The translations under genes were made by a program, and so were the position numbers. A stretch of 28,508 nucleotides of DNA from a virus (Duplodnaviria; Caudoviricetes), in IMG/VR virus record IMGVR_UViG_3300032314_000061, positions 1 through 28,508 of that record; one strand, 5' to 3'. A model generated the notes under the pieces. It made no database searches, had not been told where the DNA came from, and saw only the letters and a program-made list of their open reading frames with translations. Shown piece by piece: positions 20,073 through 27,450 of this stretch (positions are counted from its first letter, which is position 1; every line of letters starts with the position of its first letter).

Positions 20073-22886
20073 ATGTCATTTGCAATTAATAATTATACAG
20101 GAAATGGGAGTACAACTACATTTTCAGTTACGTTTCCGTACATAACTCAAAGCCATGTACAAGTACGACTTGATAACGTATTAAAAACTTTAGGTGTTCA
20201 CTATACATTTCCAACATCTTCAACTATTCAATTTACAACTGCACCAGCAAACGGTGTAAACATAAATTTTAAAAGATCATCTAATCAATCTGCTAGATTA
20301 GTAGACTTCCAAGACGGTTCTACAATTACTGAGTCAATTTTAGATCAAGACAGTAATCAAATGTTTTACATGTCTCAGGAAGCTATTGACTCTACAGCTG
20401 GGGTTATGGCTCTTGATGGAGATAATAAGTGGGACGCTACATCAAAAGTAATTAAAAACTTAGCATCACCAGTAAATGACAACGATGCAGTTAATAAAGC
20501 ATTTATAACTACAAATTTACCAGCAATTAATACTGTAAATTCAAACATAGCTAGTGTTGCTTCAGTAGCTACTAATATTGCGACTATTAATTCTGTAAAT
20601 TCTAATAGTACAAATATAAATTCAGTAGCTTCTAATTCTGCTAATATTAATTCAGCAGTTTCAAATGCTACAAATATTAATTCAGTAGTTGCTAACTCGG
20701 CAAACATAAATACTACCGCAGGTGCAAATGCAAACATTACTGCTGTAGCTTCGCAAATTACCCCAACTAATAACATCGGAACACTTGCTGGATTAGCTAC
20801 ACAAATTACAGGTGTCTATAATATTAGAACTGATGTAAGTGCGGTAAACTCAAATAGTGCAAACATAAATTCAGTCGCTTCAAATATGGCGGCAGTAACA
20901 GCAGTAAATTCTAATAGTACAAATATTAATGCTGTTAATTCTAATAGTTCAAATATTAACACTATTGCTACAAACATCGGCAAAGTTAATACTTTATATA
21001 CAGAGATTGCAAAAGTTGTTGAAGTTGCTAATGACCTTCAAGAAGCGGTTAGTGAGATTGATACAGTAGCTAATAATATTACTAACGTAAATCTTGTTGG
21101 AAATAATATTGCAAATGTTAATGCGGTAAGTGCTAACAGTTCAAATATTAATGCTGTTAATTCTAATTCTACAAATATAAATACTGTAGCTACTAATAAT
21201 ACTAACATTACAGCTGTTGGTAATAATATTAATGCAGTTAATACAGTTTCAGGAAATTTAACTGGAATTAATAGTTTTAACGAAAGATACAGAATATCTG
21301 CAACAGCACCTACAACTTCATTAGATATTGGAGATTTATGGTACGACAGTGCTAATTCAAATTTAAGAGTTTATACTGCTAATGGTTGGCAAATAGCTTC
21401 AGATTATATTCAAAATTTAGTTAACGATTATAAGTATGACATTACTGGTTCTCCTTCTTATGTAGAAGGTGCATCTAATAATGCTAATGCCGCAGTATTT
21501 GATTATGCTGAAAACAGTTTAGTAAACGTATTTGTTAATGGTCTTAGAATTATTCCTACAGAAGATTATACTTTAAGTAAAAATAACAATGTAGCTAGAG
21601 TTACATTTGTTTCTCCTTTAATAAATGGAGATGTTGTTTACATACAAGTATTTAGAAAATTACAAACAGTAGAAGAACAAACACTTCAAGGTTATGTATC
21701 AACTACATTAGGTTATAAAAATACTACAGAAGGATTTAAAAATACTACTGAAGGTTATAAAAATTCAGCACAAACTTCAGCAACTAATAGTGCAAACTCT
21801 GCAACAGCAAGTGCTAACTCTGCAACTGCTTCTCAGAACTCTGCAACTGCCAGTGCTTCAAGTGCCGCTTCAAGTTTACAATCTTTAAATAGTTTTAATG
21901 CGGCTTATACTTATTCAACTACACCACCAAACAACCCTGCAAATGGTGCTATTTGGTTTGACACCGCAACTACAAGATTAAAAGTTTATGTTTCTCAAAA
22001 TAATACTGGTTGGGTAAACGTAGGGACTTATGTTGAAGGATTAATAACTAATTATACTTATACAGCTACACAGAATCAGTCAGTATTTAATGGTGCTGAT
22101 GTTGATGGTAAAACTTTAGCTTTTAACGCAACAGGAAACGTATTTGTATTTGTAAACGGAATTAGAATTACACCAACTGCTGACTATGTATTGTCTGCTG
22201 GAAATACTTGTACTTTAGGAGTAGCCGCTAACGCGGGTGATGTTATTTACATTGAAGTTATCCAAAAGATTTCTTTAACAGAAGAACAATTATTACAAAG
22301 TTATGTTGCTTCAGCTTTAGCAGATAAAAATACTGCAACTACTCAAGCTGGAATATCAACTACACAAGCTGGAATATCAACTACAAAAGCAGGTGAAGCA
22401 AGTGCAAGTGCCGCTTCAGCTTTAACTTCAAAAAATAATGCCGCAACTTCTGAAGCAAACGCATTAAGTTATAGAAATACTGCTGAAAACCATAAAAATG
22501 ATGCTCAGACTGCGAAGGTCGCCGCAGAAGCCGCCGCCGCATTAGCTACAGTTGGTGGTGGTGCGTTTAAAATAACTGCAAACGACACAACTGCAAACGT
22601 ATTTAATTTAAAAGTAAGTGTAGGAAACGGAATTACTAAGACGTTAAATAATGCTGGTGGAAATGAAAGTGTAACTCTTTCATTACCATTTACAGAAACA
22701 GTAATAACACCAACAAATGGTCAAACTGTATTTAACACAGCTTATGTAGTGAACTTTGTTCAGGTTTATGTGAACGGAGTTAAATTAATAAAGGGAGTAG
22801 ATTTTACCGCAACTAACGGAACAACAATAACATTAAATGATGCTCTGTTGTCTAATGACGTAGTTGAGATTGTTAAATTTGCTTAA
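20073..22886 (+). CDS. gp17: Tail fibre protein
   Basis: T7 gp17-type N-terminal anchor (YTGNGSTTTFSVTFPY...V.V, R..VDF.DGS...E..LD....Q..Y..QEA.D), then Asn-rich repeats and duplicated beta modules. Confidence 0.92.
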   Translation: MSFAINNYTGNGSTTTFSVTFPYITQSHVQVRLDNVLKTLGVHYTFPTSSTIQFTTAPANGVNINFKRSSNQSARLVDFQDGSTITESILDQDSNQMFYMSQEAIDSTAGVMALDGDNKWDATSKVIKNLASPVNDNDAVNKAFITTNLPAINTVNSNIASVASVATNIATINSVNSNSTNINSVASNSANINSAVSNATNINSVVANSANINTTAGANANITAVASQITPTNNIGTLAGLATQITGVYNIRTDVSAVNSNSANINSVASNMAAVTAVNSNSTNINAVNSNSSNINTIATNIGKVNTLYTEIAKVVEVANDLQEAVSEIDTVANNITNVNLVGNNIANVNAVSANSSNINAVNSNSTNINTVATNNTNITAVGNNINAVNTVSGNLTGINSFNERYRISATAPTTSLDIGDLWYDSANSNLRVYTANGWQIASDYIQNLVNDYKYDITGSPSYVEGASNNANAAVFDYAENSLVNVFVNGLRIIPTEDYTLSKNNNVARVTFVSPLINGDVVYIQVFRKLQTVEEQTLQGYVSTTLGYKNTTEGFKNTTEGYKNSAQTSATNSANSATASANSATASQNSATASASSAASSLQSLNSFNAAYTYSTTPPNNPANGAIWFDTATTRLKVYVSQNNTGWVNVGTYVEGLITNYTYTATQNQSVFNGADVDGKTLAFNATGNVFVFVNGIRITPTADYVLSAGNTCTLGVAANAGDVIYIEVIQKISLTEEQLLQSYVASALADKNTATTQAGISTTQAGISTTKAGEASASAASALTSKNNAATSEANALSYRNTAENHKNDAQTAKVAAEAAAALATVGGGAFKITANDTTANVFNLKVSVGNGITKTLNNAGGNESVTLSLPFTETVITPTNGQTVFNTAYVVNFVQVYVNGVKLIKGVDFTATNGTTITLNDALLSNDVVEIVKFA
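20523..21280 (+). repeat. Imperfect 10-residue (30-nt) repeats in tail fibre, consensus NIN(S/A/T)V(A/N)SNS(A/T)
   Basis: e.g. NINSVASNSA NINSAVSNAT NINSVVANSA, and NINAVNSNSS / NINAVNSNST; recurring DNA AATATTAATGCTGTTAATTCTAAT. Confidence 0.85.
21711..21764 (+). repeat. 21-nt tandem repeat (GYKNTTE/GFKNTTE)
   Basis: ggttataaaaatactacagaa ggatttaaaaatactactgaa ggttataaaaat. Confidence 0.8.
22336..22385 (+). repeat. 21-nt tandem repeat (TTQAGIS)
   Basis: caactactcaagctggaatat caactacacaagctggaatat caactaca. Confidence 0.85.
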
Positions 22887-22916
22887 TAACTAAAACAAAA
22901 AAGGAAAAATAAATAA

Positions 22917-23522
22917 ATGACAAAAGCAAGAAACCTATCAAAAATTATAGATGGTTCTGGCAATTTAGTTGTACCTAATGCTGGTAATAATGCTCGTAGT
23001 TTAGGTATGGTTAAAGCCGATGGAACTCCTATAGATGCTTTAGATAGAGCAACAACAAGTGCAACAATAATTAACACAGCGACACCTTATGCTGGTCTTC
23101 TATCTGCTGGTATTGCGGCAGGTGCTTCAAACGCATTAGATGTAGACCCAGTATATAATACTACTGCTGTGGCAGGACAGTACGAAGATGCTTCTGGTAC
23201 AGTAACTAATCAAGCGATTAATTTAAAAAAACCACGAAACGGCGAGTGGTGGAACTGGGCATCATATGGTTTCGCAGGAATACCAACTTCAAATTGTGCC
23301 AATAATGGTGCTTATGATGGTGCTGGTGGTAATACATCTACATTAACTGCAATAAGTGTTGATAATATATTTAGCGGTTGGTCATCAACTGATGAATTAG
23401 GCGGAACTTATCAATCAAGAACAGTTCAAAACTGTAATTGTGGAAGTTTCAACTGTAGAACAAACTGCAACTGTAACTGTGCGTGTGCGTGTGATTGTAA
23501 TTGTGCGTGTGGTAACGGATAA
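22917..23522 (+). CDS. Small tail-fibre-associated protein with Cys-rich (xC)n C-terminus; putative radical SAM substrate
   Basis: MTKARNLS N-terminus, Gly/Ala/Thr/Asn-rich body, C-terminal NCNCGSFNCRTNCNCNCACACDCNCACGNG (11 Cys in 30 aa); AGGA upstream. Confidence 0.75.
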   Translation: MTKARNLSKIIDGSGNLVVPNAGNNARSLGMVKADGTPIDALDRATTSATIINTATPYAGLLSAGIAAGASNALDVDPVYNTTAVAGQYEDASGTVTNQAINLKKPRNGEWWNWASYGFAGIPTSNCANNGAYDGAGGNTSTLTAISVDNIFSGWSSTDELGGTYQSRTVQNCNCGSFNCRTNCNCNCACACDCNCACGNG

Positions 23523-23535
23523 CTAGGAAAAAATA

Positions 23536-24276
23536 ATGAAAATAACATATACAATAGATAGCGAAGCAAAAGATATTTCCTTTATTAATAATAATGGAAG
23601 TGTATTTGCAAAGTGGGGTGATGAAATCTCTGAAAAATCGAGTATTGGTTTATTAGCAGAAGAAGTTAAAAAATATTTACAGTTTCCTTCAAGACTTATT
23701 TCGGAAGGAAATAATATTTATATAACTTTAGATTCTAACAATAATTTATCAAAACCTATTTTTAAGATGATTGAAACTAACCCAACTAAAATGGGTGGCA
23801 TGGAATTTATTAAATATAAAGTTAATGAAAAACATGTTGGTCAAATTTATGTACCATTTAAAGACAGTTCTGATGATGAATACGCAATAAGACTAAACAT
23901 TAAAGAAGAAGATGTTTCTAAATTATTAGAGTTAATTCCTGATGCTGTTGAAGTAGCAAATACTGAAGAAGCATTTAAAGAATTTTATTATGCTAATTCT
24001 CCAAGATTAAAAGTAGTTGATACTTCTGATGCTGGAGAGTGGACTAAAATTAAAGTTCAATTAACTTTAGCTGGAAACAACGTATCTAAAAGTGATGTAA
24101 GAGTATTTGCTAAATCAGCAAGTGGTTATATTGCTAATAGAGAAGTTTATACTGATGCTAATGGTATTGCTGAATTTAAAGTATTACCTTACGGACTGGA
24201 ACAGGGAGAAAGTATGAAAGCTGAATTTGGCTTTAAATATGTTTCTAACATTGTTTCAGCAGATGTTCAGGCATAA
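23536..24276 (+). CDS. Hypothetical protein with probable C-terminal Ig-like domain
   Basis: C-terminal beta-rich segment KIKVQLT....V....VRVF......G......VYTDANGIAEFKV resembles bacterial Ig-like (Big_1) repeats; AGGA upstream. Confidence 0.6.
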   Translation: MKITYTIDSEAKDISFINNNGSVFAKWGDEISEKSSIGLLAEEVKKYLQFPSRLISEGNNIYITLDSNNNLSKPIFKMIETNPTKMGGMEFIKYKVNEKHVGQIYVPFKDSSDDEYAIRLNIKEEDVSKLLELIPDAVEVANTEEAFKEFYYANSPRLKVVDTSDAGEWTKIKVQLTLAGNNVSKSDVRVFAKSASGYIANREVYTDANGIAEFKVLPYGLEQGESMKAEFGFKYVSNIVSADVQA

Positions 24277-25108
24277 AGACGTACCAAATAATCAGACATT
24301 TTATAATTACATAAAGTCTAAAACAGATTGGGGACAAGCTGTTAATTGTCTTAAAAGAGACAATGATAGTGATTTAGATTTAAGTATTAATCTTGAATTT
24401 GATGCTAATAAAGTTTTAGAAGAACTTTTAAGTTTATATAAATCTGTTGGTGCTGTTACTTGGCAATCCCAAAACAGTATTCAATTATACGGATTAAGTC
24501 TTACTTATAATCCCAATCATTCTAAAGATTTATGGAAAAGAGGTTCTTTTGGAGAACCTAGATATAAAGTTTATAATCCAAAAGATTATTATGATGCGGT
24601 GATGAATGATAAAGATAATCATTTAAAAGATGATTACTTAGACAGTCTTTCATTTAATACTTTGTTACCAGAAGTTAAAACAAAACCTAATCTTTATAAA
24701 TTATTAAATAGTTTTAATTTTCCAGTAATTAGAGTTACTGCAAGAACAATAAATGGATTATTAGTTTATCCAACTCAAGGAACAGATGGTGGATTTCATA
24801 CAGACGACTGTCCATTTGAAGTTTTGCGAATAAATGTTTCATTATCTAATAATGGAAATTTTGGTTTAGAATATAAAAATAAAAAAGTTATCTACACAAG
24901 TGGGGGAGATAATCTAGTAGTTAATACAGATAAATTACACAGAGCATACGTTAAAGATGCGTGTAATTTTCAAAGAACCAATTTAATTATTGGTTTAGCT
25001 ACTTGGTTAAATTACGATGCTGCGAATAATTCATATTCGTTAAATAATCATTATGGAAAAACACACCCATACGATTTAGCAAAACAAAATCTATTAAGTT
25101 TTAATTAA
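24263..25108 (+). CDS. Fe(II)/2-oxoglutarate oxygenase, aspartyl/asparaginyl beta-hydroxylase-like
   Basis: R.T.R.....P......FHTD.....LRINVSL.NN ... G....VNTDKLHRA.......R.NLI gives an HxD...H triad plus Arg in a cupin fold. Start is probably ATG 24263 (track gives 24227). Confidence 0.6.
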   Translation: MFRHKDVPNNQTFYNYIKSKTDWGQAVNCLKRDNDSDLDLSINLEFDANKVLEELLSLYKSVGAVTWQSQNSIQLYGLSLTYNPNHSKDLWKRGSFGEPRYKVYNPKDYYDAVMNDKDNHLKDDYLDSLSFNTLLPEVKTKPNLYKLLNSFNFPVIRVTARTINGLLVYPTQGTDGGFHTDDCPFEVLRINVSLSNNGNFGLEYKNKKVIYTSGGDNLVVNTDKLHRAYVKDACNFQRTNLIIGLATWLNYDAANNSYSLNNHYGKTHPYDLAKQNLLSFN

Positions 25109-25127
25109 CCCCTAACTAAAATAATAT

Positions 25128-26582
25128 ATGAGTAACTCGCAAGACTATAACTTTGCTTCTTGGAAGAAAAAAGAACCAGAGATAATTAAGACTTACGATA
25201 CAAGTAATCCACCAGAATACAAATTTCATCTTCAATACCCAAAGGGTTGGAGATACTTAATGTATAAACCTCATACCTCTGAACTTACAGAGAATGGATT
25301 ACCTATATCGTTAGAGAGTATAAATATGGATTATACTAAGGGTCATTTTCACGAATGGACACCTAACTCTCCAAGTAACCCTGCAAAGAAATCTGATAAG
25401 CCAACTAATGTAAAAATTCAGATGGGTTTAAAATGTAATTATGCTTGTAGTTATTGTAATCAAGCGACACAAGTACCAAACTCATTTCAAGGTAATCCTC
25501 AAGAAGCACAGAAATTTTTAGATGAATTAGATACTTGGTTCAAAGGAGACGGAAATAAAACGAGATGGGAATTTTGGGGTGGAGAACCATTAGTTTATAT
25601 AAAAGTTTTAAAAGTATTAGCTGAAGGATTAAGAAAAAAATATCCTACAGCAGAATTTAATATTATTACTAACGCATCAATGCTCACTCCTGAGATTGTT
25701 GATTGGTTAGATAGTTTAGATTTTCAAGTTGGTATTTCTCACGATGGTGCTGTTTACAGAGACCAAAGGGGAGAAGATATACTTACTGTACCTAAAACTT
25801 TAGAAGCAGTTAAATATGCTTACAAAATTTTATTTCCTAAAGGTAGAATAGGTTTTAACTGTGTTCTTACAGTTAAGAATTATTCATTACATAAAGTTAG
25901 AGAATACATTGCAGAGAAGATGGGACTAACACCATTTGAAATTCCTCTTACAACAGAGGAAATAATGCTTCCTTATGATGCTGGTGGAATGATGTTATCG
26001 CCAACATTACCTGAAGAACAAAAGGAAATGAGAGAAGTTTTATTTGAAGAAGCGGCTTTTGGTTCTACTTTAAGTGTATCTACAGTTTTTCAAAAAATTG
26101 ATGATTTCTTTAATTCTATAAAAACACAAAGACCATTTACTGTATTTGGTCAAAAGTGTGGAATGGATAGTCCTGATATTCTTGCTGTTGATTTAAAAGG
26201 CAATGCAATGACTTGTCAAAATACAAACGCAAATCTTCCAAAGCATAACATAGGTAAGACAGAAAATATTAAAGCTATGGAAATGACTTTAGTTCACCAC
26301 TTCAGAACTAGAAGCGAGTGTGTAAGATGTCCAGTAGTTCAACTTTGTAAAGGTGCATGTTTATTTTTAGAGAATGAATTTTGGACTAAAGCATGTGATG
26401 TTTCTTATAACTACAACGTAGCAATGTTAGCTTCTGCTTTATACAGACTTACTGGTGGAATTTTACGTTACATAGAAGGAACACCTAGACGAGATAATAT
26501 GCACGATAAGTTTGAAGTTATATCTCAAGATTATATAGATAAATTAATAGTGCCAACAAAACAAGAAATTCGTATTGGATGA
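25128..26582 (+). CDS. Radical SAM/SPASM domain enzyme (peptide/protein-modifying maturase type)
   Basis: CNYACSYC (CxxxCxxC), WGGEPL, ITNA, GISHDG; SPASM C-x13-G-x4-C ... C-x2-C-x5-C-x3-C-x11-C. Confidence 0.93.
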   Translation: MSNSQDYNFASWKKKEPEIIKTYDTSNPPEYKFHLQYPKGWRYLMYKPHTSELTENGLPISLESINMDYTKGHFHEWTPNSPSNPAKKSDKPTNVKIQMGLKCNYACSYCNQATQVPNSFQGNPQEAQKFLDELDTWFKGDGNKTRWEFWGGEPLVYIKVLKVLAEGLRKKYPTAEFNIITNASMLTPEIVDWLDSLDFQVGISHDGAVYRDQRGEDILTVPKTLEAVKYAYKILFPKGRIGFNCVLTVKNYSLHKVREYIAEKMGLTPFEIPLTTEEIMLPYDAGGMMLSPTLPEEQKEMREVLFEEAAFGSTLSVSTVFQKIDDFFNSIKTQRPFTVFGQKCGMDSPDILAVDLKGNAMTCQNTNANLPKHNIGKTENIKAMEMTLVHHFRTRSECVRCPVVQLCKGACLFLENEFWTKACDVSYNYNVAMLASALYRLTGGILRYIEGTPRRDNMHDKFEVISQDYIDKLIVPTKQEIRIG

Positions 26583-27151
26583 CTACTTTAAATTTATTTA
26601 GCACACCAATTAAAATAGTTTCATTTTCAAATTTTGAAGAAATTAATAGAAAAATTGGCAAAGCAACATCTTTAGGTTTTAAAAAAAATTTTACTGATAA
26701 TTTACCAAAAGAAGAAGGTAAGGAATTACAAAAAATATTTATAGATGAAGCTGAATTATATTTAAAAGAAGTCTCAAATAAAAAAATAGATTTAGAGTTA
26801 ATTAAAAGTTGGACTACTTATACTAATAAATTTGGATTTAATACTCCACATTGTCACGCTGATAATACTGTTATTGGAGTTTATTACATAAAAACTTTTG
26901 ATAAGTGCGGAGATTTATTATTACACGACCCAAGAGGTTCTCATAGCTTTGTGCCTAAGTATGAAATTAATACTGCTGGTCACTCAGTTAGCGATAGAAC
27001 TTATCATAGAATAACACCTAGATGTGGTCAGTTAATTTTATGTCCAGCTTACGTTGTTCATTCAGTTGAACCTAATATGTCTGATGAGACAAGAATAAGT
27101 CTTGCAATGAATTTTAAATACAAAGATTACAACCAACTTAAACCAGAATAA
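26579..27151 (+). CDS. Putative 2OG-Fe(II) oxygenase (TIGR02466-like phage family)
   Basis: LFSTPI, SW......G.N.PH.H....GVYY, GDL...DPR, P..GQLIL.P.Y..HSVEPN.S...RISLAMN. Confidence 0.85.
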   Translation: MTTLNLFSTPIKIVSFSNFEEINRKIGKATSLGFKKNFTDNLPKEEGKELQKIFIDEAELYLKEVSNKKIDLELIKSWTTYTNKFGFNTPHCHADNTVIGVYYIKTFDKCGDLLLHDPRGSHSFVPKYEINTAGHSVSDRTYHRITPRCGQLILCPAYVVHSVEPNMSDETRISLAMNFKYKDYNQLKPE

Positions 27152-27154
27152 ATT

Positions 27155-27271
27155 ATGAAAAACAAAGACTGCAAATGCAAACCATGTACTTGCGGAAAAG
27201 AAGTTACCTGCAAGTGTGCTGAGAAAGTAACAAAGCTAAAAGAAAAACTAAAACAACTAACAAAAAAATAA
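27155..27271 (+). CDS. Cys-rich metallothionein-like peptide (38 aa, not in ORF track)
   Basis: MKNKDCKCKPCTCGKEVTCKCAEKVTKLKEKLKQLTKK*; three CxC motifs; starts 3 nt after the oxygenase stop. Confidence 0.6.
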   Translation: MKNKDCKCKPCTCGKEVTCKCAEKVTKLKEKLKQLTKK

Positions 27272-27272
27272 C

Positions 27273-27392
27273 ATGACAATACTATTAATGACACTAAGTT
27301 TTATCGTAGGAGCTTGGTTAGCATGGAGATATGAAAATATATTAGATGATTTCATAGAACACTTTAAAGCTATGAATAAAAAAGATTCTTAA
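27273..27392 (+). CDS. Small single-pass membrane protein (39 aa, not in ORF track)
   Basis: MTILLMTLSFIVGAWLAWRYENILDDFIEHFKAMNKKDS*; hydrophobic N-terminal helix; starts 1 nt after the previous stop. Confidence 0.55.
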   Translation: MTILLMTLSFIVGAWLAWRYENILDDFIEHFKAMNKKDS

Positions 27393-27450
27393 GAATTTTG
27401 GACGACAACTCCAGAATATAACCAACAATCAACAAAAGGCGACACAAGTA

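Noticed and set aside
20375-20776. Hydrophobic minus-strand ORF with FAELA/TELI repeats
   Set aside because: Mirror of the tail-fibre Asn repeats.
20523-22390. Possible CRISPR array or diversity-generating retroelement repeats
   Set aside because: Repeats are in-frame, degenerate at third codon positions and lack unique spacers; no reverse transcriptase or TR/VR pair seen.
22883-23077. Minus-strand 64-aa ORF
   Set aside because: Antisense to the Cys-rich protein gene.
23430-23522. Selenocysteine recoding or a TG microsatellite explaining the Cys run
   Set aside because: No in-frame TGA (stop is TAA) and synonymous codons vary.
22887-25120. TAACTA(A/G) just upstream of three cassette genes (22887, 23520, 25113)
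   Set aside because: Short AT-rich word overlapping or adjacent to stop codons; expected by chance.
25128-26582. rSAM as QueE, NrdG or MoaA (DNA-modification or cofactor role)
   Set aside because: Length, full SPASM Cys set and context do not fit, and no queuosine-pathway or anaerobic reductase genes are in the window.
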